The notes beneath the pieces are model-generated. The model made no database searches. It had not been told where the DNA came from and saw only the letters and a list, made by a program, of their open reading frames with translations. Positions 1-13,955 of a stretch of DNA of 64,000 nucleotides are shown piece by piece. Location of the stretch: the NCBI GenBank assembly GCA_012295275.1, contig CM022668.1:15748001-15812000 (forward strand), in the 5' to 3' direction. Positions within the stretch are counted from its first letter, which is position 1; every line of letters begins with the position of its first letter. A program made the position numbers and the translations under genes. This DNA is from Chrysomallon squamiferum (lineage: Eukaryota; Animalia; Mollusca).

Positions 1-458
1 GTAAGTCACTAACTAAGGAAGTAAATAAGCAAGTAATTAAGTAAGAAGGTTTATAAATAAATAAATAAAACATAACTTGGATAATAGTAATAATAATAAT
101 AATAGTAATAGAAATAATAATTATAATAGTAATAATTAAATAAATAAACAGACTATAACTTCAAAGAATGCAGAACATATTTACTGTTTTCTTTGTATCA
201 TCAGAGGTACACTTTAACTGTTTGTAATTTGTTGTAACAGTATGCTGGTTATAGTTACATCTCAGATATGTTCAAGTATTGGTTAATTCAAAGCCACTAC
301 AAGTATTTGATCCCAGAACCTAATATTCTTAACTGCTTAAACAGATATTTACCTCCTCTTGTTAGGCCAACCACTCTTGGTTGAACATCATTACCATCAC
401 ACTCACTTTGAAAGGAAATAAACAAATAAAACTACAGTAACAGTTCTGGAAACAATCT

Positions 459-502
<44 letters not shown>

Positions 503-1597
503 TAATAGTTTTCAATTCTTCAAGATCTTGTAAATAAAGTGATAACTGGAAAAGCTTATTTCTAATTAGGCAGTTTCTACATATGCCATTTTTAATTTAA
601 CATTTCTGATTTCTATTTATTTTAACTTCGAAGAATATTTTTATTTTAATCTTAATATTTTTCTAACGAGGAAGCTGAGAAACAGGAAATAGAAATTACA
701 TGTGAAACCGCAAGGTAAAATAGACAAAAAAATAACAACAGCATTCCGAAAATCAGAAGACAGCGAAAACAGATTGAACTTAATTAATTTTAATCTTTTT
801 ATGCCTCGAATATAAACATGACATAATCTGTGTGACAGAGTTTACAGTTACTTACTCAAAATTCTCCATTTTGTTTCAAAGAAGATGTTGCCAGTAGCAA
901 ATGTGACAGTTACAAGATTTCTACGACGAGGGAAAAATGTTCCTGGTATTATTACTTTCGGTTTCATACCACGGGACGTTATTCTGCTGTTGACTTCGGT
1001 TAATTAGAGTTATTTCCCTTAGTCCATGAACTTCGTGAAAGTAACTATTTGCTTGCGTATTAATATAATTATGAACGTAAATATTGACTGTGTATGCTGA
1101 GAATTTTACAATTACGACGAAGATAAAGACCGATATACGGAAATAAGTCGGAAATGTGAATTTAGTTATCATCTATAAATTATTATCATATTTCGAATTT
1201 ATATGAACAACTACTATTACTATTAGCAACACTACTGTCAAAACTACTACTACTATTAATACTACTACTACCTATTACTGCTATTGCTGGTGCTACTAAT
1301 ATACGACTACTAATTTTTCTACTAAATCTACTAATATTACCATCACCAATTTTACTATTACTACTACTGCAAATTTTACTTCTATTACTTCTAGCAATAG
1401 TATTATATTAGAACTAATACTGTTGCTACTACGATTATGAATACCACTACTACGCTGATACTACCAGCACCACCACTACTACTGCTCCTGCAACTACTAC
1501 TACTACACATACTACTGCTGCTTCTGCCACTACTACTACTAGTGTTATTTCTATTTATTTATTTATTTATTTATTTATTTATGTATTTATTTATTTA

Positions 1598-1630
<33 letters not shown>

Positions 1631-2159
1631 TTTTTAAATCCTAGACCATCGTAGTTTGCTCTGACTTGCATGCTTTCATCTCGAAGCTGGTTACTAAATA
1701 GTTACGTCACAACAATACTGTGACGTCAGCGCAGAAAGAATGGATGTCAGATTCTGGCAGCAATGTTTGACGGGGAGAGAAGCAGAATCCGAATCTACTT
1801 GAAAACTCACAGAGTGTCAGCGCTTTGGCTGCAATTACGTCCGTAACAAAACCATATGTTTCTACATGCCAGCGTTCAGCCTGCCACTTCGTCGTGTCTA
1901 ATTACAATAACTTTGACTAACATTTCATTCCGCGACATCCTGCCGAAATGGAGAGAATAAAAATGAAAAAAAAAAAAAAAAAAAAAAAAAATCTAGTGAA
2001 ATCGTAGGCAAGGTTTTTTTTATAAAATTATTATTATTATTTTTTTTTTTTTTTCCCCCCCTCCAAGTCCTTGGAATAGTTAATCTATATCGTGGGAATG
2101 TGTAAGAAAAATATAGATTTATTAAGTTATCTTTCTTGATAATACAGTGAGTAACCCAT

Positions 2160-2590
2160 TAGTCCCTGAAACTGCATAAATATCCACAATTCTAGCTTTT
2201 CTGGATGTTAATATCCTTATCCTGAAGCCCTGCAGATTTCTGTATAAGTATCCTGAATACTTAATACGTGTAGACGTTTGTATAAATATCCCTTAGACCT
2301 GTGCATTGATCCTGAAATGTGTATAAACATCTCCAATACGTAACGCCTGAACGTTTTAGCACAAATATCCTGAATCCTTAAAAGCTATAGCTTTTTGTAT
2401 AAATATCCTAAAATCAACAAAGCTGGTAGATTTTGGTGTAATATCATTAATCGTTAAAACCTAAAGGTTTTTGTATGAATATCCTGAATCCTGAAGGCTC
2501 GTAGTTCAAGCCTTTAGTTTTCCGTATCCTTAAGATCTGTAGGTATTGTACAAATATCCTGAACACTCAATGACAGCAGGTTTTTCTATT
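2160..2590. repeat. Degenerate ~37-bp minisatellite
   Basis: Recurring tgtataaatatcctgaatcctta...gtaga/tttt units. Confidence 0.75.
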
Positions 2591-3102
2591 AATTTTAATT
2601 TAATTCCAGTACGTTCCAATTTTGATGCATTGCTTCTGGTAACAATAGATATTTAAACCGTTTTATTTCGAATATGGACAGCCGACTTGTAGCCTTCCAA
2701 AAAACTCTTTATTCTTGAAAATTATTAACCTCACCCACCTATAACTGACCCCCGCTGGACAAGCGACCCCACCCTAATTAAACACGTGAAAGAAAGCCAC
2801 GCCCGAGAAGCTTAATTTGATACCATCTCAAAAGCGCCTGCCCCCGCGTTTCTGGTATTTAATAATAAAAAGGTAACGCTGACCACAATGTCAACAACGA
2901 CGTGTTCAAACACTTCTGTGACAAACGTCTACAACTACAGCGACGTGGAGTGTATCTTTACTTTTTTTTTAGCCCCACGCTAATGAGGCACTCGAACAAC
3001 GACATGGTCAACATAGGCAACGTTCCCAGGATACTAAGTTTCCACTTAAGAGTGGTAGCTACACGAAAAGCTACAATAGACTAATTATGTGACCTTTGTA
3101 AA

Positions 3103-3385
3103 GAGGCGACGTGGTTAAGACTTCGCTCCTTAGACTGTTAAGTACTAGGATCGTGTCGCAATAACGGACGATCCGTTGATAACACAGGATTTATGACAAT
3201 TCGATCAACTTTTAATCTTTTTTTTTTTTTTTTTATTTTTAATTTTTTTTATAAATTTTCTAACACACTAACTCGCTAAACCTCTAACACAGTCACTAAA
3301 TCTTTAACACTCTAACAAAATCACTAACAACATGCCAACATACCAAATTTCTAATATATACTAATTTAATAAAACTCCAACACAC
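3103..3385 (+). mobile_element. Decayed tRNA-headed SINE copy
   Basis: ggcgacGTGGTTAAGAC...cttagactgttaagtactaggatcg aligns with the 32620 head (GTGGTTAAGAC...tggtaggtatcgagttc) and the 9838 copy (gtggttagac...cttagactgtt). It is followed by a CTAACA/CACTAA-rich tract. Confidence 0.45.
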
Positions 3386-3544
3386 TTATATTTTTTTACA
3401 CATTTATATAAAATTATATTTTTCTGTTTTAGGCGAAAGATTTTAGATTAAAAAAACATTGCGATATATACCCACACCATAAACCTTAAGTTAAAAGCAT
3501 TTGTTTTCATTTGGTTAGTTCAAAACATTAAATTATAAAATCAT

Positions 3545-3580
<36 letters not shown>

Positions 3581-4154
3581 GAGACATAGAGACAGAGAGA
3601 ATGAAAATAAGGACGGAAGGAAGAACAAAAACAATAAATAAATAAACAAACAAACAAACAAACAAATAAATAAATAAATAAATAAATGTAAATGCTTCAG
3701 CGACTGCTTAACAATTTGGCATTTTCTGAAATTACTTTACGGTAAATGTTATATACCCATCCTGACAATCTTGCTCTCGATACACTTTTATCAAATTAAA
3801 CCCTTTATTTATCTGCCCTTCCCATCGATAAACAAGCTTAATGGCTCGATTTTGGGTTGTTGGTTTAGGTAATTTTATTACGTTTTTCAATTCACATATT
3901 CATCCATTTGTTTCATTCATTTCGTCCATGCCTTAACTATTATTATTATTCTTTATCAGATTATTTTACAACTTAAGTATTAAAAGGAAAGATAATAATA
4001 AAGTAAAAAGAAGAAGAAGTGAAAGAGACAAAAAATTGCAAATGTTCAAAACTTACTCTCTGTTAGACGCAACTAAATACAGGTTTTATGCATGTATTTA
4101 ACTGTTCGAGCTTAATCAATACCGTCTTCTTTTTTTTCTTCTTCTTCATTTTCT

Positions 4155-4203
<49 letters not shown>

Positions 4204-4601
4204 TTAAAAAATAACAACATAATAAAAAATAAATAAATAAAAAAAAATAAAACAAGAAGAATATAAAAATAAACAATAAAAAAAAATACATAGTACAGTC
4301 TGAAAAATATAAATGAATAAAATGGACAGAAGAACAAAAATAAAAACTATAAAATAAAAAAATAAAAAATAAAATAATAATAAATAAAAAAGGAAACCAC
4401 GCCCCCAGCTCTAGCTCTTTCCGTGAATCTCCTTGCACTTGGGCAGTCAGTCACGTGTGGTTAAAGCGCGTGCCAGTGTGCTCGTGCGTGTGTTTATTTT
4501 GTTTGTTTACATCTACTGACAGAGACTTGCAGTTAAAAATAGAAGATAATAAATAATAATTAAAAAAATATATATATTTCCTTACGTAATAAAGTTAATT
4601 A

Positions 4602-4647
<46 letters not shown>

Positions 4648-5253
4648 TATTAACTCCAAATCTTCAAGATACCGATGGGAATTCTGTTGATCCAAAAAGA
4701 CATACTCGCTTCTTCGCTCCTTGTCAACTTTGACCTACGGGGCAGTTGCTTGGCAACGGACAATGGGCACCGATGTGACAATTAGCCCCGTTTATTGTTA
4801 GATTAAGCTTTCCCCGTCAGTTTGCTCACGTTCGTTGACACGAAAAGTACGAAAAGCTTTAACGACCGAGCCCCGTGTTCGAAATTCGTCCATTTTCGCT
4901 CCCAGCACGAGCTCTCCTCGACATGTCAGACGAAGTGAAAAGCGCGTGCGAGAACAGCGCGCGACAAAACCCACTCGTGTCGCGGCGGGCTGCAAACGCG
5001 AAGATGTAACTAATGAACTCCGTTCTCGAACGTTCTATTTTGCAGAAGAGGGGGGTGGGGTGGGGGTGGGAGGGTGAATAATGCATGAAAAAAAAAAAAA
5101 AAAAAAAAAATCGTTTTGTTGTTAGCTGAATTTTATGACAAGTGACAAAATCAAATTAATTGTACAATTCCAGTGACGGCTGCAAGGGTTTTGCCATTCA
5201 GAGACTATTGACAGTGCTTCGTTTCAAGTCTCAAAAATCAACACTCTTTAGAG

Positions 5254-5309
<56 letters not shown>

Positions 5310-7220
5310 CTTTTCTTATTAAAATATTATCATTATCTATTAGTCTATTAATCTGTCTCTCTGTCTGTATGTCATCTATCTACCTACCACCTTCTTTATA
5401 CATCTGTCATTAATTACTGTGCATATTATATTATGCCGCATTACATTAAATTACATTATGTTATAATACGTTACGTTACGTTACTTTACATTACATTATA
5501 TTATATTATATTATATTATATTATATTATATTATATTATATTATTGCGTTCCATTGCATGCAGTTTGAATAGATAGTGTTTATATCGTAGGATGGACAAT
5601 CCAGTCGGTGGAAAAGTGCCATTAAAACAAATTTTATTTTTAAAATATTTTATTTTATTTTATGATTTATAACGACGATAAGATGAGAGTAAACTTCAAC
5701 GATGATGACCTGCGATTTCTGAACTTCAGAAAACAAATCATTCTTGAAGTTTTATCAGTGCTGACGTAACAAAGATAACAGCATGAATTCATTCTGAACA
5801 CTTCCCAGAATCGGTTTTATTTTACTGTTATTTATTTATTTTTATTATTATTATCTTTTATTAACATCTACGTCTTAGCCAAGAGTTCCCGAATAAATAT
5901 AAATTTTAATACTTGCCGGTGATCGGTTTATTAGTTTTCTGTTAAAATTAAACCTAAACAGCTTTAATAATGTTTCCAAGTCACTGGTTTATTTGGTTTC
6001 TGTTTTGTTGTTTGATGGCTGATTAAATTTCAGTGACACTGAAGGATTATGTAAATGTATATATATATATATGTGTATGTATGTATATATGTGTATGTAT
6101 GTATGTATGTATGTATGTATGTATGTTTGTATGTTTGTATGTATGTATGTATGTATGTATGTATGTGACAAAGGTAATCACAATATCCTAAATATGTTTA
6201 TTTACTTTAAACTGTTTCTTACTAATTATCAGCCTTTGCTAACAATAAAGCAAAACAAAAATAAGGCATGTCATATACTTTATAATCGTCTACTTTATCT
6301 ATCTACCTGTTTGTCTGTATATTAATCTGTCTGGCCATTTGTCTATCTATCTATCTATCGATCTGTCTATCTGTATATATATGTGTGTGTGTCTGTGTGT
6401 ATGTGTGTTTATATATCTTTCCATCCATCCATCTATCTATATGTCTCTCTTTCTCTCTATATGTGTGTCTGTGTCTGTTTATCAATTAACTATATGTCTG
6501 CGTTATTATCTGTTTATCTATCTATATAATCTATCTACTTCTCCCTCTCCCTCTCTCCCTCTCTCTCTCTCTCTCTCACACACACCCTTTCTCCCTCGTT
6601 CCCTGCTTCGTTTGCCTCTTTCTTCCCTGATTTTCAGATATTAATCACGGCTGATTTGCTTGTGTGTTCTTCGTCCTAACAGATGTTTTGCTTCACTGCT
6701 GGCTGCGGCAACCGCCACAGAACAACGAGGACTAACAGATTGCGTGTGATTTCACTGTTGATAAAATTAAACCAAAAAAAAAATAATAATAATAAAATAA
6801 AAAAAAAGAGAGAAAAAGAAAACACTGCAGGTATCGATATAACAAGAAGTTAGGCAAATTAAAACGAAATGAAATTAACGGCTTATTTCCAGTGGGGATA
6901 ATCCGATTAGGGGCAATCATCAAAAACAGCTCTTTTTCAAAAATTTCGCTTTTCCAACTGGTCGTCCCCGAGTTAGACAAAAGACAAAACGTCTCAGAAA
7001 TTACTGATTTTAATTGTTCTTGTCCTCACCGCTTCGGGAGCCACACAAATTAGTATTCGTCGCTGGTACGAAACTCTGGTTTAATTTCACCCAATTACAG
7101 AGCACGGTAAGTCACAAAGAAGAAGGTTACGGCATCTTTGGACGTAATTATTTCAGAATAATTCGTCTAATGTTTTCTACTGAGGCCCGTATGCAGCAGC
7201 AAATCTTAAAACTGTTAAGA

Positions 7221-8480
7221 TACACTATGCTACACTATGCTACACTACACTACACTATGCTACACTATGCTACACTATGCACTACACTATACTGAAATAC
7301 ACCACTACACTATGCTACACTACACTACACTACACTACTACACTACACTACACTACACTACACTACACTACACTACACTACACTACACTACACTACACCA
7401 CACTACACTACACAACACTATACACTACACAACAAAACACTACACTACACAACAAACACTACACACCCACACCACACCACACCACACCACACCACACCCA
7501 CACCCACACCACACCACACCACACACTACACTACACCACACTACACTACACTACACTACACCACACTACACCACACCACACTACACAACACTATACACCA
7601 CACACACACACACCAAACACACTACACCACACAACAAAACACTACACACTACACCACACTACACTACACTACACTACACTACACTACACTAACACTACAC
7701 TACACTACACTACACTACACTACACTACACTACACTACACTACACTACACTACACTACACTACACTACACTACACTACACTACACTACACTACACTACAC
7801 TACACTACACTATACACACTACACTACACACTACACTACACTACACCACACTACACACACTACACTACACTACACTACACACTACACCATACACTACACT
7901 ACACTACACTACACTACACACACTACACTACACTACACTACACCATACACTACTACTACACTACACTACACACTATACTACACTATACTACACTACACTA
8001 CACTACACTACACACACTACACACACACACTACACTACACCACACCACACCACACCACACCACACCACACCACACCACACCACACCACACCACACCACAC
8101 CACACCACACCACACCACACCACACCACCACACCACACCACACCACACCACACCACACCACACACACACTACACACACAAACACACTACACTACACTACA
8201 CTACACTATACATACTACACTACACAAACACTACACTACACTACACTACACTACACTACACTATACTACACTACACTACACAATACTACACTATACTGCA
8301 ATACACTACACTACACTACACTACACAACACCACACTACACTACACTACACTACACTACACTACACTACACTACACTACACTATGCACACAACACTACAC
8401 TACACACTACACTACACTACACTACACTACAACACACACACTACACACTACACACTACACTACACTACACTATACTGTAT
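7221..8480. repeat. (CACTA)n pentanucleotide array with (CACCA)n sub-blocks
   Basis: Direct reading. It generates the spurious HYTTL/HHTTP ORFs at 7237-7692 and 7277-8491. Confidence 0.97.
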
Positions 8481-8499
8481 CACTAAATTAAGACAAATA

Positions 8500-8855
8500 G
8501 TACAATGCACTATAATATCATAACACACCCTACTGCTTCAGTCATATCATATTATACTACATATTACCATATCATCGTATACCCTACCATTTGATATCAT
8601 GTCAAACCATAAAAACCATACCATTCAATATTTTACCATACCACATAGTACCATAACGAATCGAATCATATATGACACCATATCATACCGTATCACATCA
8701 TATTAAACCATTGTATACCGTATCATATGATACCATAGCATACAGCATTATATATCACATCATGCTACACCATTGTTTATCATACCACCACTACCATAGC
8801 GTATTATATCATACCATTCCGTATCATACTGTACCATACAGTACTGTAAAGCACC
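8500..8855. repeat. Older, degenerate pentamer tract (TACCA/TATCA/CATAC)
   Basis: 5-bp periodicity continues with many substitutions next to the CACTA array. Confidence 0.7.
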
Positions 8856-9654
8856 ACACGAGAAACACAAAGACACAAACATACAAACACACGTTCAGAG
8901 CTCGTTACTAAAGTATTTCTAATCACTTTAGTTCAGCAGTTCTCTTTCCTGTCTTTTTCTCACGACAGATTTATCAGCGGTGTGGTTCGTGTTTTTTCCT
9001 GCCAGTGGGAGGGTATGGAGAAAAAAAATCTGTTAAGCTATTTCGTGTACCAGACAGAGTCCGCGAATGGTTTATAAAATAACGATAATAAGAACTTAAC
9101 CCTCTGTGAAAGAGTTCATTCATATCTGGAAAAAAATTTTTAAATAGGAAACAAAATTTTTTTATAATAATAATAATAATGATGATAAATAAATAAAAAG
9201 AAAGAAATAAAGAAAAAAAGAAAGAAAAAAAGAAAAAAGACAAATAATTTTTTTAAATCCTCTGTATAATACATGGTCACATAATTTGTTTTTCTTTTAC
9301 ATATATTTACACATACACACATGCATACACACACACACATACACACACACATACATACATATATATACGCCAGCTGATCTAATTGTATCATTTTTAAAGT
9401 TTTCGCAAAACATCAAAATTTAGTGTATGTGCGTGCATATGCATGTGTGTTATATTGTGGTGTAACTGTGTGAAAGAGAAATATGTGCGTGCATCTCTAA
9501 ATATACAAACACACGAACATACATACACACACACACGTACATACATGCTCATCTCCATGTAGTTTGTCAAATTCATTTACCGAACATCTGACCACAACGT
9601 TATAATCAAAGTAGGCGTGGCTAACGACATTAAATATTCAAAATGGCCGTCAAC

Positions 9655-9689
<35 letters not shown>

Positions 9690-9834
9690 CGTGTTAATTA
9701 TATTTGATATTTCCGAAAGGAACGAGAATGACAGAAGAACTAATTTAGATATCTGCCTCATTATTAAAAAGAATCTTGAGTAAAACGTGACGAAAAACAT
9801 CCCAGCGAAGCATAAAAGATTTGTTCATCAATGA

Positions 9835-9990
9835 ACGGGGCGTGGTTAGACCGGTATTGGATTCTTAGACTGTTGTAATTACAGTTACGCCGCTTTGATT
9901 ACAATTAACCGTATTCGTTTATATTGAGCATGCCAATAATGCGTCCAGGACATGCTTGCTTGGATACGTAACGACTCTGTACACGTGTCA
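9835..9990 (+). mobile_element. Decayed SINE copy (head plus 3' core motif)
   Basis: Head gtggttagaccggtattgg..cttagactgtt, then gtccaggacatgcttgcttgga, which matches the motif at about 53000 and 53128. Confidence 0.45.
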
Positions 9991-10265
9991 TATGGGTGAC
10001 CGATTTCAAATTTATTCAAAGTTTTTTTAATTACGATTGTTTTGTATTGAAGTAGAATAAAATAAACTTTACGTTGAACACACACGAATAGTAAATGAAT
10101 ACAAAAAAAAAAAAAAAATAGATATTTAATCTATAGATTCGTATTTTGACAAAATAAATTGACAAATGTAGACAGATAAATAAATAAATAGCAAATTTAA
10201 GTAAATAAAATAAAAATGTAAATAAATAAATACAAAATAAGTAAATAAATAAGTAAATAAATAAG

Positions 10266-10300
<35 letters not shown>

Positions 10301-11743
10301 GTAAATAAATAAATAAGTAAATAGCAAGCAGACAGACAGATAATTTGTAGACAGGTAACTTCAAATAATTAAGTCAGTGATTTAAATAATAACAAATAAA
10401 TAAAATATTAAAAAGGAAATAAAAAAATAAAAAACAAAAATAAATAAATAAACAAATAAGCAAACAAGCAAGTAAACAAATAAATAGCAAAATAAAGAAA
10501 ATATTAAAAAGTAAATAAACAAAGAAACAAGTAAGTACGTAAGTAAATAATAAATAAATAATGTTTTTATTGTAAAAGAATTCTTGCTGCTTTCGTTTTC
10601 TATGAACGTCATAACCATAATTATGTATGATGTCATATTGAACGCACTGAATATGTCAATAAGAAAAAATATTTCTTTCTTCATTTTTCATTTTTTTCCT
10701 TTCCTTTTTAATCATTCATTCACCACTTTATTCATTCTTTAATAGATTATATCATCGGTTCGTTCATTATGTTTTTCATTCATTCATTCATTCTTTCGTT
10801 CATTCATTCGTCCATTCGGCCATTCGTTCACTCGTTCGTTCGTTCGTTCGTTCGTTCGTTCTTTAATGGTCCTGTTTATCCTTCAGTTCTTAACCTTTCT
10901 TTTTACCAATACATTTTTCTCTGCCATTTTAATCTCCTACTAAACGTGTCATTATGAGATTAAAAATAATATTTTCAGTAAAACATTTCCCGTATATCCA
11001 GGCTTCGTGTCTACACTCACGTGTTTTACTGTATCTTTAAAAAAAAAAGGCCACACACGATGGAACCTAATCACGTAAATATTCCGTGCGCCGCAGAAAA
11101 CAGCGGAAGCTAATTCGGCGTCTGCGCAGAAGGTTACATAACAGCAAATAAAATGTTATTGGCGGCAATATTAACGCCATTTGATAAAGTTAGTACCGGC
11201 TTTTATATCGCAAAAGATAAAGACGTTTGAGCATATCCTGAAGTTTTATTCCGTTTTCTGGGATAAGAAGCAGGCATTTAAAAAAATATATATATCTTAT
11301 AAACAATTTTTTTTATTTTTTATGTTAAGTATTTAAATTTATGATGCTGTTTTAAACTAGGGTAAAGGCGTTGTTGTAAAAAAAAAAAAAAAAAATGTTA
11401 TGACGTCATAAACATGTACGTCAGATGTCTTACCATTTCTGATGGTTTCTGTCTTTGCAGTTAAAGATCAGATAGACATGGAAACTTCTAGAATGAATAC
11501 AATTCTTAAACGGTGAGATTTCTACCGATATTTCTAACGTTATAACTTACAGCTATATAATTTGGCGCACAGAAGGATAAAAGTATAATTAATTAAACAT
11601 AAAAAGAAATATTTCTTGACCGAATGCAGAAAGATATAATAATAATAATAATTATAGTCTAAATATGTTTCGTTTAAACATTTATATTGATTTTCTCAAA
11701 CAAGTAAGCAAACAACGAAACCAAATTAATAATGATAATGATA

Positions 11744-11784
<41 letters not shown>

Positions 11785-13023
11785 AATGATGATGATGATG
11801 ATGATGATGATAATAATGATGATAATAATAATAATAATAATAATAACCCAGAATGAAGTTAATAAATGTGCATATTATTCTTCTTGCTAACCAAAAACAT
11901 TATCTTTAGTGAATAATATTAGCCTGGTATAACGAGTCACCGATATTTCGTACATATGCGTCGCGGTTTGGGAAATACTGTGTTGTTTTCTACAGACTGT
12001 TATCGTCAGAGGTTTTATATAAAAACACCGAAAACACTGTTATATTCAGAGTACAAAACGTCATCTATTTATAAATTTGAAATTTTCGTATCCTGAAACC
12101 AAAATGTCGCCTACACAGTTTTATCTTTTTAAATTTTACAGTCGACGACTGATCTATTGGTTTATAGATCATTTAACTAACAGTTCGAAACCTGAATAGA
12201 TCTATATATATAATCCAGGATTTAATTTTAACTCTCCAGGTCATAGTTATTGAGGTCTGTAAGTCTGTTTGTAAATGAAGTCTTCATATATAATACAAAC
12301 ACCCACACGCAAATTCACAAACACACACACACGCGCGCGCGCTTTGAAAACACACACACACACACCTTCTCACACTTGGAAGTATAAAAAAAAATTATTA
12401 AGCTAATTGTCCGTATAATCACAAGCTAATTTTAGTTTATTTATTTTAGAGCACCTTGTAAATGTCTTGAATGAATCAAATTTCGAAGCAGAGTTGGCGA
12501 AGTGAAAATTCGAATTTTCGAATTTTTTTTTTAGTTTACAGCTGTCTTCAGCTCTTAGCATTTCTGCGACGTAAACTTGTACGTCTCTTTTGCTTATTAT
12601 CACTCTATGAATATGCTGATCCGGTGTCTTATACGGAGATTACGTATTTCCTTCCGTCAGATTTCAAGAAAGTCTGTTTCTATTGACATTTGCAAAGGAT
12701 CAGCCTTCCACAGATAAAGATATAAAAGAAGAAGAAGAAGAAGAAAAAAAATCTTTGATAATAAAAAACAAGAAAAAATATATAAAAATATATATAAAAA
12801 GGAATATGAAAAAAAGGAAAAAAGAAAAAAAAAAGAAGAAAAAAGGAAAAAAAGAAATGAAAAATAAGAAAGAAATGTCTTCTTGACTATTACCTGTTGT
12901 GTTTCATTAGTTTTCTTTTCAGCGTTTTTTTTTTTTTTATTATTTTTTTTTTTTTTACTCTTTTTTCTTCTTCATTTTTTTTTTTACCCATGCTTCTTAT
13001 TTTCTAATCTGTAAGGGAAATAA

Positions 13024-13073
<50 letters not shown>

Positions 13074-13084
13074 CTGATTACGAC

Positions 13085-13290
13085 GTAGATTGTCAAAGAT
13101 AGTTCCGACGTGACAAATAAAGACTTCATCCTTCAGGAAATTACAGCGACTAGCGACATCAAAGACGACTCCAACGTCAAACTAGCATGGCGTGATATTG
13201 AAGACGACGAAATCAAAGAGGTGGAAATAAGATTTTCAAGGGGAAAAAAATTACAAAATACGAAGGAAAGTGAATTTCAAAGACTTCTGC
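13085..13290. promoter_or_regulatory. Candidate TCF/LEF site cluster (possible Wnt-response element)
   Basis: GTCAAAG 13092-13098, ATCAAAG 13158-13164, ATCAAAG 13212-13218 and TTCAAAG 13276-13282, all in the same orientation. Confidence 0.4.
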
Positions 13291-13349
13291 TTTCCAAAAG
13301 CAAGATAATTGATTTTATGTTGTAAGCAACGAGAAAGGAAACAATATGG

Positions 13350-13860
13350 CACCGTTAAAGAATTAGTCATTGGAAAATATTTTACTTTTTTTTTTTCTTT
13401 TAGCCATTTACAAGAAGTATCTTTTACATTCATTTTTTTTCCCCTACAGAGAAATGATGTCAGTCACATTATCTTTATTATTTTCGCCGTTAGAAATACA
13501 ATATGTGGCATATTTGTATCGTTATAAATAGTACCTGAAACATATATTTATTTTTACTGTTAGAAGTAGTATCTGTAATATGTATTTATCTTTTACTTTT
13601 TACAAAAAGTATTAGTAATATATTTAATTATTTTTTCCGTTACAAGAACAATTGGTAACATATGTTTATTCTTTTTATCATTACAAATAGAATATGTAAA
13701 ATTTTTATTTTTTTATTATTTTTATTTTATTTTTATATTATTTTTATATTATTTTTTATATATTTTTATATTATTTTTATATTAATTTTTCCATTACAAA
13801 TAATATTTCTTTTCTATTAATATTCCATATTATCTTCTTTTTAATGGAACTAGTAACATT
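13350..13860. repeat. Degenerate ~40-bp minisatellite
   Basis: Recurring ccgttacaaatagtatctgtaacatatttattttt-like units. Confidence 0.6.
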
Positions 13861-13865
13861 TTCAT

Positions 13866-13955
<90 letters not shown>

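Noticed and set aside
1-60. GTAAGT at position 1 as a splice donor
   Set aside because: It lies in a degenerate (AAGT/AAAT)n tract and the exon side is outside the window, so it cannot be supported.
2160-2590. ~37-bp periodic repeat as a CRISPR array
   Set aside because: Eukaryotic context, degenerate adjacent units, no repeat-spacer alternation and no cas genes.
7221-8480. CACTA repeats as En/Spm (CACTA) transposon ends or telomeric repeat
   Set aside because: This is a tandem pentamer array with no TIR pair or transposase, and it is not TTAGGG or TTAGG.
7237-8491. 404-aa and 151-aa His/Thr/Tyr-rich ORFs
   Set aside because: Translations of the stop-free (CACTA)n/(CACCA)n microsatellite.
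13110-13325. Protein-looking 71-aa ORF (TNKDFILQEITATSDIKDD...)
   Set aside because: GTG start, no clear splice sites and no recognisable domain. It is better explained as a non-coding island with TCAAAG motifs, though not excluded without a homology search.
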